NCBI GenBank assembly: GCA_965242695.1
Contig: CBDESU010000001.1
Span: forward strand, 64,001 to 128,000
Length of the DNA stretch: 64,000 nt
Reading direction: 5' to 3'
DNA from: Cenarchaeum sp.
GTDB taxonomy: Archaea > Thermoproteota > Nitrososphaeria > Nitrososphaerales > Nitrosopumilaceae
Shown: positions 1-9,998 of the stretch, piece by piece
How positions within the stretch are numbered: position 1 is the first letter of the stretch
How the letters are laid out: each line of letters opens with the position of its first letter
The notes under the pieces: model-generated
Database searches by the model: none
What the model saw: only the letters and a program-made list of their open reading frames with translations
Told to the model about the DNA's origin: nothing
Translations under genes and position numbers: made by a program

Positions 1-987
1 GACCGGTACCGGGATCTTGAGTCGGAGGCCAACGGCCTGACAGAGTCGATCCACGGCCTAGTCAACGAGAGGTTCGCGATGGGGCAGGCGTCTGACATGT
101 ACAGGGACAGCCTAGAGGAAGAAAGCGATGCGACGCCCGAACAGGTACTTGCAGTCTACAGGGAGGCCGACGTGCTGTTTCCCGACTCGGTTCGGAAGGG
201 ACTGGAGGAGGCGCGTGCATTCCATGCCGCCATCGTCCGCAACAGACGCGGCTTTCTGGGATCCGAGATCGACAGGCTGGGAGGCGAGATGTCCAAGAGG
301 GACCTGCAGATAGACGAGCTTGGGGCGAGGCGGGCCGCCGTCATGGGGATACTCCGGACGCACGGGGCCATCGACGAGCTCGTCCGGCTGCAGGAGCGCC
401 ACAACGCGACGGCGTCCGAGCAGGCGGACGCGGCCAACAAGCTGGCCCAGCTCAAGAAGATCGACGAGGAGAAGACGGATATAGATGCCCGCATGAACAA
501 TCTGCGACGTGATGCGACGATCGACTTTGACGAGCGCCGTGATCGGCGGAAGGCGGCAATCCTGGCATTCAACGACTACTCAAAGCGCCTGTACAGGGCG
601 CCTGGCAAGCTGGTCATCGATATAAAAGACGGGCTGTACCGCTTCAACGTAGAGATCGAGCGGTCCGGCAGCAGCGGCATTGGCAGCATGAAGATATTCT
701 GCTACGACATGATGCTGGCAGGGTTGTGGGCCGGGCGGCCCAATTCGCCTGGATTTCTCGCGCACGACAGCGACCTGTTTGAGGGGGTCGACTCTAGACA
801 GACCGCCAAGGCGCTAGGCCTTGCCGCAACCGAGTCGGCGGAGCGCCAATTCCAGTACATCTGCACGATGAACATGGATGATGTCCCGCACGACGACTTT
901 GACAAGGGATTCGACTTTGACTCGCTCGTGGCCGAGACGCTCACGGACAGGGATGCGGGCGGCAGCCTGCTCGGCATCAGGTTCTAG
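1..987 (+). CDS. DUF2326-type SMC-like ABC ATPase (ABC-three-component / Lamassu LmuB-like), 5' truncated by window edge
   Basis: Frame open from base 1. Long coiled coil followed by C-terminal 'SSGIGSMKIFCYDMML...PGFLAHDSDLFEGVDSRQ...QYICTMN', typical of DUF2326 proteins. Confidence 0.75.
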   Translation, partial: DRYRDLESEANGLTESIHGLVNERFAMGQASDMYRDSLEEESDATPEQVLAVYREADVLFPDSVRKGLEEARAFHAAIVRNRRGFLGSEIDRLGGEMSKRDLQIDELGARRAAVMGILRTHGAIDELVRLQERHNATASEQADAANKLAQLKKIDEEKTDIDARMNNLRRDATIDFDERRDRRKAAILAFNDYSKRLYRAPGKLVIDIKDGLYRFNVEIERSGSSGIGSMKIFCYDMMLAGLWAGRPNSPGFLAHDSDLFEGVDSRQTAKALGLAATESAERQFQYICTMNMDDVPHDDFDKGFDFDSLVAETLTDRDAGGSLLGIRF

Positions 988-996
988 CCGGGCAGA

Positions 997-1103
997 GGTG
1001 CGCATGCGATCAACCTGGGGCGCGCCTGCGAGTTGATGCCCGCCGTCCTTGCCGCCCCGACCCCCCGGGTGCGCATGCGATCAACCTGGGGCGCGCCTGC
1101 GAG
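997..1103. repeat. Two perfect 36-bp direct repeats separated by 35 bp
   Basis: GGTGCGCATGCGATCAACCTGGGGCGCGCCTGCGAG at 997-1032 and 1068-1103. Confidence 0.9.
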
Positions 1104-1344
1104 CCATGTTCCGGGACATGGCGGTACGCCGGCGGCTCGCGCCCGGGCATGCCGCAGGAGATGTTGGCTACAGGCCGAAGGCACGAGGGCATAGTTCGTG
1201 TGTATGGCGCGCAGCATGGATGGCAGGCCGCGACCCGCATCGCATCATGAGCGCGCCGTGCATGGCCGTGTCCGGCGGCGGCGCCACCTGCGCACCGCCG
1301 GCGGGTCGGCCGGTGCGCCTAGACGGGGGCATGCCGGCGGGACG

Positions 1345-1778
1345 CGATCCCGTGCGGGCAACGGCGAAGTTATATACGACAAATCTGGCCCGCGAAATCG
1401 AAACATGTCCTACGACTCGGCCGACGTAGCGCCATCACGCGTAGCGCCGCCCCTACTGGGGGGGGGGGGGTGGCAGGAGCTGCGGGATGCGATCTCGTGC
1501 GGGCAACGGCGAAGTTATATACGACAAATCTGGCCCGCGAAATCGAAACATGTCCTACGACTCGGCCGACGTAGCGCCATCACGCGTAGCGCCGCCCCTA
1601 CTGGGGGGGGGGGGGGGGGGGGGGTGGCAGGAGCTGCGGGATGCGATCTCGTGCGGGCAACGGCGAAGTTATATACGACAAATCTGGCCCGCGAAATCGA
1701 AACATGTCCTACGACTCGGCCGACGTAGCGCCATCACGCGTAGCGCCGCCCCTACTGGGGGGGGGGGGTGGCAGGAGC
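1345..1778 (+). repeat. Tandem triplication (periods 145 and 154 bp) of promoter, start codon and poly-G leader
   Basis: Three copies of ...GAAGTTATATACGAC...AAACATGTCCTACGAC...CTACT(G)nTGGCAGGAGC. ATGs at 1405, 1550 and 1704; G tracts of 13, 22 and 12. Confidence 0.95.
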
Positions 1779-4700
1779 GGCGGGACGGCGCGGCCTGCCG
1801 TCCTTTACGCCGCATCAATAGCTGCCGTGGCGGTGCTGGCCGCGGCTGCGGCCTTGGCGCCGCCAGACGGATCGGGGACCGCATTCGCGCAGCATGCCGA
1901 CGGGATCACCTGCCCGTCGGCGGCGGCCGGCTCTGAATGCGTGTACCACGTCACGGACGCGCTTGCCATACGGGACATAAAGCCCACCGTCATACGGGTC
2001 GACCCCGACACGGGATACGTGTACGTGTCCACCGTCCCCCATGCGGGCTCGAGGGACTTCAACTACTCGTACCTCAACGCGTACAACAGCTCGGCCAACG
2101 GCTACCTCCCCATCGCCGAGTTCAGGTTTGACGAGGGGATCAACACCCGCATCGCGGACTTTGAGATCAACAGCCGGACGAACGAGCTGCACGTGGTCCA
2201 CACGTGGGGCCTGGGCGACCCGTCCGAGGGGTGGACGGGGCAGAGCCATGACGGCCAGGGGAGGGCCAACCTGACGACGATAGACCTGGAGACACACGAG
2301 ATATCGAAGACGATCCGGCTCTACTACAACGAGACGACCCCGCTGCCCGGCTGGAGCCTTTGGGGCACCGACCGGTTCTTGATACACGACATCGCGCTCG
2401 ACAGGGAGCGCGATCTCGCGTACATCGGCGCCGAGCGCGCCCCCATACTGGTCGTCGACACGAGCACGACGACGCTGGTGCCCGCCACGGTGAACCGCAC
2501 CGGCACCAACAGCGGGGACGACGGGTGGAACGCGTACGCGGTCGGCACCATATCGATGAGCATGTCAGTCGACGAGGACTCGGGGCTCGTGTACGCCGGC
2601 GTGGTCGTCGGCAACAAGCTTGACGACCTGCATGCGTCGTGGGGCATTGCGGCGCTCAACTTTACGGGCGCGAACGGCTCGGCGACGGCACACTACGAGC
2701 GAGTCGCATTCCACAACGTATCGTCGCAGCAGGCGCCAAGCGATCCCTGGCCATGCTCCAACTACTACAGCTACAGCTGCGACGTATGGGACCTGTCGGG
2801 AGAGGGCGCTAGGGATGCGCGCATCGAGGCCATCCGCCTTGACGGGCCGAACGACAAGCTGTTCGCGCTGTACGAGAACCACACCGTGTGGGCCGTGCCC
2901 CTCGGCGGGGACGGGCTCCCGTCCGGCGCGATGACGGCGGTCCACATTCGGACGCCGGAGGAAGAGGGCCGGCGCGACGACGCGAGCATCCACGACATTG
3001 CGCTCGACTCGCAGAGGGGGCTGCTGTACGCATCCCTGCGCGACTATACAGACCCGCGCGTGATCGTAATGGACTCTGCCACGGAGGCCCGCGTGGGGGT
3101 CGCATCGACGACGAGCGAGCCCTGGGACATGGGGATCAACCCCGCCGACGGGTCCGTGTACGTGCTGCCGCTGTGGGCGCTCGGCGCGTACGTCATCGAG
3201 GCCGAGCCGAGGACCGGCCTGCAAAAGGCGATCGATGCCGCGCCGGCCGGCGCCACGGTGGTGGTCGAGCCCGGAACGTACGCCAACGCGGTCCTCGACA
3301 TAAACAAGTCGCTGACCCTGACGACTGCCACCGGCGAGCCGGGCGCCGCAAAGTTCACGGGGTACTCGCGCATCGAGGTCGAGGCCGACGACGTGGCCGT
3401 CAGGGGGCTCGTGTTCGAGGATACGGACTGCATGCCGGGCTTTGGCGGGTCGCTCGTCGAGATCAGGACGCACAACGGCATTACGCGGGAGAACGTCACG
3501 ATCGAGGGCAACGTGTTCCGCGACACGTGCCATGCGGCGATCCAAAAGGAGGGCCGCGGCGACGTGGCCGGCATCAGCATCCGGAACAACACGTTCGTGA
3601 ACATCGGGCTGCGACTCGATCCGGGCATGGCGGGGCCGCTCGACACCGGGGGCGAGAGCGAGTTTCAGATCATGCACGGCGCGATCGGGCTGGCGCACCA
3701 CCCCAACCAGAACACGGTCAGCGGCAACATAACCGGCAACTACATCAGCGGCACGAGCGCGGCCGGCATTCGCGTGTTCAACGCGCACGACATGGTCATA
3801 TCGGACAACTACATCGCCGACACCCCCGCGAGCGCGATCGGGCTGGCGCACAACCCGCAGAACGTCGTGGTCCGCAACAACACGATCGTCGGCGCCAACA
3901 GCGAGCCCGACCTGGACTACATCGGGGGCATCGAGGGCAGCGGCGATGCGGACTACTGGCAGTTCCTCAGGACGTACAGCATCATCCTAGAGTCGGACAC
4001 CCTGTCGCAGGACCACCCGCTGCACGGCGACGGCAAGCCGGCGCCGGACGCGGCCATCAACGTGTGGTCCGACGGCGAGGACATACGGGTCGAGGGAAAC
4101 ACCATACGGGACAGCGACGGGGCCTTTACGATATGCACCGGCGTGTGCGCGTTCGAGAGCGACGGGAACGTGCGCGGGGGCGACGAGAACGGGCATGCGG
4201 GCTGGCCGCCGAACACGCCGGACATACGCAACATACCGTTCGACAGGAACATTACGGATGCCCGGTTTGTGTTTGCCGACAACGTCGTGCACGCCTACAA
4301 CGGCACGGACAACAACGGCGCGCTCGTGCGGAGCGACACGATCGGCGAGCTCGACGCGTCCGGCAACACGTTCGTCGGGTGCGGCGCGGGCATGGCCGGC
4401 CGGCCGGTCCCGACGTTCGGCAACGTGACCACAGGCTCGGCCGTGTACGAGGATGCGGGGTGCGAGTACGAGTACCACGTCACGCGCACGCTCGGCGTCG
4501 GCGACATCATACCGCATATGGTCGCGGTAGACGAAGAGACGGGGTACGTGTATGTCGCCAACACGCCCCACCTGGGCACGCGCGACCAGGACTACTCGCA
4601 CCTGCGCATATACGACGGGGGCACGGGAGAGGCGCTCGGCGACATCCGCTTCAACGGGACAAACTCGCGCATATCCGATGTCGAGGTCGCCGGCGGAACG

Positions 4701-7700
4701 GTGTACGTCGCCCACATGTGGGGCATTGGTGACAGCTCTCTGGGATGGGACGGCCGCATGTGGAACGGGGACGGACTGATGAACCTGACGGCGATCGAGG
4801 CCGGCTCGTACGAGGTGCTCGGCACGATCGAACTGGTGCACGGGGACGGCGCCGGACAGAACGCGACAAGGGGCGTGATATCCGACCTGGCCCTCGATCC
4901 GCTCAGGAGCAGGGCGTACGTCTCGACCGCAAGCGAGGGGCCCGTGCTCGCCGTCGACGTGTCCGATCCCGGTTCGATGATGCTGATGTACACGGCTGCC
5001 GGAAACGCCAGCGCGGGCGAGTGGAGCCCGTACGGCGCAGCCGGCCCCGCGTCGGCGCTCGCCGTCGACAACGGCACGGGCATGGTGTACGCGGCAGCCC
5101 GCGTCGGCGACAGGGACGACAGCACCCTGCACTCTTGGGGGATCGCGATGCTGGACTTTGGCGCCGGCGGCGCCTTTGGGCCAAACTACACGCGCGCGCA
5201 CTTTCTGAACATGTCGGCAAACCCCGCGCCGGATCCCGCGGAAGAGTGCGGGGGCGACTACAACCGGCACCCGTGCAACGAGGACGTCCTGGTCGAGTCG
5301 CTGCTGCTCGACGCGGCCGGCGGCAGGCTGCTTGCCCTGTACGCAAACCACTCCGTGTGGGCGTTCGGCCTCGACGGCGCGGGCTATCCTGCCAACTACA
5401 CCGAGGTCGACGTGAGGCAGCGGGATCCCGCGCCCGGAAGCTACGAGGACGGCTACGGCAGAAGCCGAGACCACAACCAGATCAGCGACATCGCGCTGGA
5501 CGGCGAGCGGAGGCTCCTGTACGCATCGCTCCACGACTTTGCAAACCCGCGGGTCGCCGTGATCGACGCCGACACGCACGAGCGGGTCGGCCTGGCCTCT
5601 ACGAGCAGCCAGGCCTCAAGCCTTGGACTGGATGCGAGGACGGGGGCGGTATACGCGCTGCCGCAGTGGACGCCGAACGCGTACGTGATAGAGGCTGCCG
5701 CAAAGACCCGCCTGCAGTCCGTAATCGACGGCGCCCTGCCGGGCGAGGCGGTGAGGCTGCTGCGGGGCACGCACGACGATACCGTCCTGGACGTGACGCG
5801 GCCGCTGACGCTCGCATCGGCATCCGACCTGCCCGGCTCGGTGACCTTTACGGGGTACTCGCGCATCGAGGTAGAGGCCGACAACACCGCCATACGCAGC
5901 CTGTCCTTCAGGGACACGGACTGCATGCCCGGCCTGGCCGCCTCGCTCGTCGAGATACGGACGTACGGCAACGACTACACGCGCAGCAACGTCACAGTGG
6001 AGGGCAACGCGTTCAGCGACACGTGCCACGCGGCGGTGCAGCAGGAGGGGGTAGGCCGCCTCGACAACGTCCAGGTGCGGGGCAACACGTTCGTAAACAT
6101 AGGCCTAAAGGTTCCCGACGGCAGGATGCAGCCGATCGACACGGGCGGCGAGAACGAGTTCCAGCTCTTCCACGGCGCGATCGGCCTGGCCCACCACCCG
6201 TCCCAGATGCCCGTGAGCGGAGTCGTCGCCGACAACCGCATAGTAAACACGAGCGCGGCCGGCATACGGGTGTTCAACGCCGACGGCATGGCCATAACGG
6301 GCAACTACGTCGAGGGCACCCCGGCGAGCGGCATCGGGCTTGCGCACGGGCCGAGCAACACCGCCGTCGCAAACAACACGCTCGTGCGGACCAACAGCGA
6401 GCCGAACCTGGACTACCTGGACGGAATCGAGGGCAGCGGCGAGCCGGGCTACTACGGGTTCATCAACTTTGACCGCCCCAACCCGCACGCCTACCTGGGC
6501 CTGCAAAAGGTCAGGGACGGCCCGCCGTACGCCGTGCCGTCGCCCGATGCGGCCGTCAGCGTCTGGGCCGGCGCCGTGAACGTCAGCGTCACCGGAAACA
6601 CCATACGGGGCAGCGACGGCGCATTCACGGTCTGCACCGGAGTGTGCGCGTTCGAGAGCGACGGGCCGGTCCGCGACAACCCGCGCAACGTGCCTTCCAA
6701 CGACGTGCCGGTGAACGAGCAGGTGCGGTTCGCCGGCAATACCATACACGCGCACAACGGGACGGACAACAACGGCAGGCTGGTGCGCAGCTATGCGCTC
6801 GGCACGCTGGATGCGACGGGCAACACGTTTGTGGGCATTGATGCGGCCGGCGCCGCCGCCGGGATGGTGAGGGCCGATGCGGGCGGCGAGCCGATCGGAA
6901 CGGCCGTCGTTGCAGCATTCGTCTCGCCGGGCAGGATACTTGCAATCTACGGCGCGCCGCTCGGCCCGCCGGCCGGGCATGCGGGCCCCGTGTACGGCAG
7001 CGTCACCGGACCGGGCGGCCTGGACGAGGCGCCCGCCGGCGAGTCGGGCCTCTACACCAAGGTGCACGCGATCGAGATCGGCGGGGACGGCGTGGACTCC
7101 ATGCAGAGCGGCACGATCGCGCTCAGCGTCGACTTGGAGGGCATCGATCGAAGTGGAACACACTATGCCTTCCGCGGCGACTCGATACCCGTAAGGCCGA
7201 GCGGCACGAACGCGGCGGCAGCGTCTGCCGCATTCACGTCGCCCGGCACGGCCCGGATCGTGTACGGCGCGCCGCTGGCCGCGTCCGCGTCCGACTATAC
7301 TGGCCTGCGCGTGGGGCCCCTGAACGCATCGGCCGCCGTACTGGGCGTGTCTGGGTCGGGCACCGCGGCCCATACCCTGTCGATCAAGTCCGACTATGCG
7401 GTAACGGCGGCGACGGCCGGCTACATCGACATTGCGCCGCTGGCGCTGCTGCCGGACGGAGGCCTGTTTGCAGGCGCCGACGGCCTGCCGATTGGCAGCG
7501 GCCTGGGGGCGGGAACGACCGCCGTTGCGCCTCCGGGATCTGATCCCTTTGTGATCGAGGCGGACACCTTTGCAGACTCGCTCAACGGCACCGGCAGCGC
7601 GGCGATCCGCGTGCCGGGCGGCGCGATCCCCGCCGTGAACTTTACGGTGTCTATGGAAGCGGCCACCATCACGTTCGCATCGAGGACGAGCATTACCGAC

Positions 7701-9683
7701 AGGGGCACGGGCATGCCGTACGAGGGGCCGATCAACGTCACGGTGGCGGCAGCGGAGAGGCGGGCGGCGGCCGCAGGCGCGCTCGGCGTCGCAGGCGACT
7801 CGGGCCGGATCGGCATCGTCGTGGAGATCGGCGATCCGAACGCGGACATTGCGCTCGACCGCCCGGCGCGCATACTGCTCGCCGGCCAGCCGGCGCCGGC
7901 CGACGTGTACCACATGGACAGCATGGGGACCGTGGCCAGGATCGCCGAGTGCGGCGATGCGGCGGCCGGCCCGGCCGGATGGCTGGCCGACAACCGCGAC
8001 AGCGTGCCGTTCTGCCATACGGTGGAGGGCGGGGCGGAGGCCGGCACGGGCGACTATGCGATCTACACGTACCGCCTCAGCGCATTCTTCGTCGTAGGCG
8101 AGGACGACGACGGCGGCACGGGCGGCGGCGGCGGCCCGGCGCCCGCGGTGTCCCGGGTCGAGCCGGCGAGCGCCAGCGGGACGTACGGGGAGGGCGAGGC
8201 GATCAGCATCGCAGTCGTGTTTACAGAGGGCGTCAACGTGACGGGCACGCCGCTGCTCGAGCTCGAGACGGGCGCAGTGGACCGGAACGCTACGTACGCC
8301 TCGTCAGACTCTGCGACGCTGATGTTCCGGTACGTGGTTCAGCGGGGCGACGCCACAATGGACCTGGGGTACACCGGCACGGACGCGCTGGCGCTCAGCG
8401 GCGGCGCGATCCGGGATGCCGACGGCAACGATGCAATCCTGGCACTTCCGGCACCCGGATCGCCGGGCTCGCTCTCGCACTCTGGCGACATTGCGATCGA
8501 TGCGCCCAACCGCTTGGTGCAAAGGATGACGGCCGTCCTGGTCGTCCCGGATGCGCCCCCGCCGGAGACTCGGGAGCCTCCGGCGCCGCAGGTCGTCGCA
8601 GCGCCGCCGCTTGCGCCGTTCGGAGGCGGCGGAGGCGGCGGCGGCGGCGGCGGGGGCGGCGCGCGTATCATGGCGGACGGCACCGGCCAGGTGATCCTCT
8701 ACTCGGCCGCATGGGACTGCAACGAGGGCACGATCCGAATAACTGCCAGCGACGCGGCCGGCGCCGACGTTAGCATCCTCTCGTCGGCCGGCGCGGTCGC
8801 CGCAAGAACGTCCGACGGGCCGCACCCAGAGGGCCGCACCGTCTACGAGGCGCCCCTCCCAGAGGATGCGATACTGTCGATCAGGGCCGCTGCGGTAGAC
8901 GGCAGGACAATGTCGACTGCGACAGAGGCGGTGCGGACGGGCGGGCAGTGCACGGGCGAGGCCGTGTTCAGGGCGTACGGAATGCCTGCCGACGCCGCGC
9001 AGCCGGAATCGGCCGACCGGGAGAGCCCGGCAGGCGAGCCGCCGACGTCCGATCGCCCTGATGCGCCTGAAGACCGGGAGAGCCCGGCAGGCGAGCCGTC
9101 GACGGCCGATCGCCCTGATGCGCCCGAAGACAAGGCGAAGGGGCAGTCCGACATGCCGCCGCCGCCCCGCGATCCGGACGAGGATGCGCCCGGTGCGGCT
9201 GATGCCGATCGCGTTGCGCCGCCAGCCGAGGCGCCGGCATCCTCCGAGCCTGATGCGCCCGGTGCCGAGGGCGACGACGAGGGCGGCTGCCTGATCGCGA
9301 CTGCCGCGCACGGGACAGAGATGGCCCCGCAGGTGCAGCGCCTGCGCGAGGTTCGCGACGGCACGCTCTTGACGACAGAGTCTGGCAGGGCGTTCATGGC
9401 CGCGTTCGGCTCTGCGTACTATGCATTCTCGCCGCAGGTGGCGGATCTGGAGCGCGAGCACCCGGCGTTCAGGCAGGCCGTCGCCGCGCTTGCCGCGCCG
9501 ATGCTGCTTGCGCTGCAGGTCGTCGATGCGGCCGAGCCCGGGTCAGAGCACAGCGTCGCAGCGTACGGCGCGCTGGCGATCGCACTCGTCATGGGCATGT
9601 ACGTCGCGGCGCCGGCAGCCGGCATGGGGTATGCGATCCGCCTTGCCCGGGGCGGGGGCGGCCTCTGCAAGCCACGTGTGTAG
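1704..9683 (+). CDS. Giant secreted surface protein: 2x (beta-propeller + right-handed beta-helix), Ig-like modules, C-terminal CFI-box-CTERM anchor
   Basis: ATG about 35 bp downstream of TTATATA. Signal peptide ending TAFAQ, duplicated ~800-aa module with PbH-like repeats, and C-terminal 'GGCLIATAAHGTEMAPQVQRLREVRD...YYAFSPQVADLER' plus TM helix. Confidence 0.85.
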   Translation: MSYDSADVAPSRVAPPLLGGGGGRSGGTARPAVLYAASIAAVAVLAAAAALAPPDGSGTAFAQHADGITCPSAAAGSECVYHVTDALAIRDIKPTVIRVDPDTGYVYVSTVPHAGSRDFNYSYLNAYNSSANGYLPIAEFRFDEGINTRIADFEINSRTNELHVVHTWGLGDPSEGWTGQSHDGQGRANLTTIDLETHEISKTIRLYYNETTPLPGWSLWGTDRFLIHDIALDRERDLAYIGAERAPILVVDTSTTTLVPATVNRTGTNSGDDGWNAYAVGTISMSMSVDEDSGLVYAGVVVGNKLDDLHASWGIAALNFTGANGSATAHYERVAFHNVSSQQAPSDPWPCSNYYSYSCDVWDLSGEGARDARIEAIRLDGPNDKLFALYENHTVWAVPLGGDGLPSGAMTAVHIRTPEEEGRRDDASIHDIALDSQRGLLYASLRDYTDPRVIVMDSATEARVGVASTTSEPWDMGINPADGSVYVLPLWALGAYVIEAEPRTGLQKAIDAAPAGATVVVEPGTYANAVLDINKSLTLTTATGEPGAAKFTGYSRIEVEADDVAVRGLVFEDTDCMPGFGGSLVEIRTHNGITRENVTIEGNVFRDTCHAAIQKEGRGDVAGISIRNNTFVNIGLRLDPGMAGPLDTGGESEFQIMHGAIGLAHHPNQNTVSGNITGNYISGTSAAGIRVFNAHDMVISDNYIADTPASAIGLAHNPQNVVVRNNTIVGANSEPDLDYIGGIEGSGDADYWQFLRTYSIILESDTLSQDHPLHGDGKPAPDAAINVWSDGEDIRVEGNTIRDSDGAFTICTGVCAFESDGNVRGGDENGHAGWPPNTPDIRNIPFDRNITDARFVFADNVVHAYNGTDNNGALVRSDTIGELDASGNTFVGCGAGMAGRPVPTFGNVTTGSAVYEDAGCEYEYHVTRTLGVGDIIPHMVAVDEETGYVYVANTPHLGTRDQDYSHLRIYDGGTGEALGDIRFNGTNSRISDVEVAGGTVYVAHMWGIGDSSLGWDGRMWNGDGLMNLTAIEAGSYEVLGTIELVHGDGAGQNATRGVISDLALDPLRSRAYVSTASEGPVLAVDVSDPGSMMLMYTAAGNASAGEWSPYGAAGPASALAVDNGTGMVYAAARVGDRDDSTLHSWGIAMLDFGAGGAFGPNYTRAHFLNMSANPAPDPAEECGGDYNRHPCNEDVLVESLLLDAAGGRLLALYANHSVWAFGLDGAGYPANYTEVDVRQRDPAPGSYEDGYGRSRDHNQISDIALDGERRLLYASLHDFANPRVAVIDADTHERVGLASTSSQASSLGLDARTGAVYALPQWTPNAYVIEAAAKTRLQSVIDGALPGEAVRLLRGTHDDTVLDVTRPLTLASASDLPGSVTFTGYSRIEVEADNTAIRSLSFRDTDCMPGLAASLVEIRTYGNDYTRSNVTVEGNAFSDTCHAAVQQEGVGRLDNVQVRGNTFVNIGLKVPDGRMQPIDTGGENEFQLFHGAIGLAHHPSQMPVSGVVADNRIVNTSAAGIRVFNADGMAITGNYVEGTPASGIGLAHGPSNTAVANNTLVRTNSEPNLDYLDGIEGSGEPGYYGFINFDRPNPHAYLGLQKVRDGPPYAVPSPDAAVSVWAGAVNVSVTGNTIRGSDGAFTVCTGVCAFESDGPVRDNPRNVPSNDVPVNEQVRFAGNTIHAHNGTDNNGRLVRSYALGTLDATGNTFVGIDAAGAAAGMVRADAGGEPIGTAVVAAFVSPGRILAIYGAPLGPPAGHAGPVYGSVTGPGGLDEAPAGESGLYTKVHAIEIGGDGVDSMQSGTIALSVDLEGIDRSGTHYAFRGDSIPVRPSGTNAAAASAAFTSPGTARIVYGAPLAASASDYTGLRVGPLNASAAVLGVSGSGTAAHTLSIKSDYAVTAATAGYIDIAPLALLPDGGLFAGADGLPIGSGLGAGTTAVAPPGSDPFVIEADTFADSLNGTGSAAIRVPGGAIPAVNFTVSMEAATITFASRTSITDRGTGMPYEGPINVTVAAAERRAAAAGALGVAGDSGRIGIVVEIGDPNADIALDRPARILLAGQPAPADVYHMDSMGTVARIAECGDAAAGPAGWLADNRDSVPFCHTVEGGAEAGTGDYAIYTYRLSAFFVVGEDDDGGTGGGGGPAPAVSRVEPASASGTYGEGEAISIAVVFTEGVNVTGTPLLELETGAVDRNATYASSDSATLMFRYVVQRGDATMDLGYTGTDALALSGGAIRDADGNDAILALPAPGSPGSLSHSGDIAIDAPNRLVQRMTAVLVVPDAPPPETREPPAPQVVAAPPLAPFGGGGGGGGGGGGGARIMADGTGQVILYSAAWDCNEGTIRITASDAAGADVSILSSAGAVAARTSDGPHPEGRTVYEAPLPEDAILSIRAAAVDGRTMSTATEAVRTGGQCTGEAVFRAYGMPADAAQPESADRESPAGEPPTSDRPDAPEDRESPAGEPSTADRPDAPEDKAKGQSDMPPPPRDPDEDAPGAADADRVAPPAEAPASSEPDAPGAEGDDEGGCLIATAAHGTEMAPQVQRLREVRDGTLLTTESGRAFMAAFGSAYYAFSPQVADLEREHPAFRQAVAALAAPMLLALQVVDAAEPGSEHSVAAYGALAIALVMGMYVAAPAAGMGYAIRLARGGGGLCKPRV

Positions 9684-9998
9684 GCGCCGGGTTGCCGCCC
9701 CGCCGCATCTCCGATGGCGGTGCGGCGGGCAGTGGGCGGCGGGACGGATGCAGGGGCGGGGACGAGCCGGCGCGGGCCGCCTGCACCGCCCGGTACGATC
9801 CGTGATCTCTCCCCCTGCTTGCCTGCCTGCCGTCCGGCGCCCGCCGGCGGGCCCCGCACCGCCTTGTGCTGCATCGGGAGGCGGTGCATCCCAGCCCCGC
9901 CCCGCTGGGCGCGCGTTCGACCGCGCCCGCGCCCTGCGGCGGCGCATTGCGCCGCCCCCGCGATCCGCTTAATTAGGGCGGCCGGCGGCGGCGCGCCG

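Noticed and set aside
997-1103. Bona fide CRISPR array call
   Set aside because: Only two repeats, no leader or cas genes, atypical repeat end. Kept only as a low-ranked finding.
9015-9130. 57-bp duplicated unit in the giant ORF
   Set aside because: Ordinary Pro/Asp/Glu-rich linker duplication ahead of the membrane anchor.
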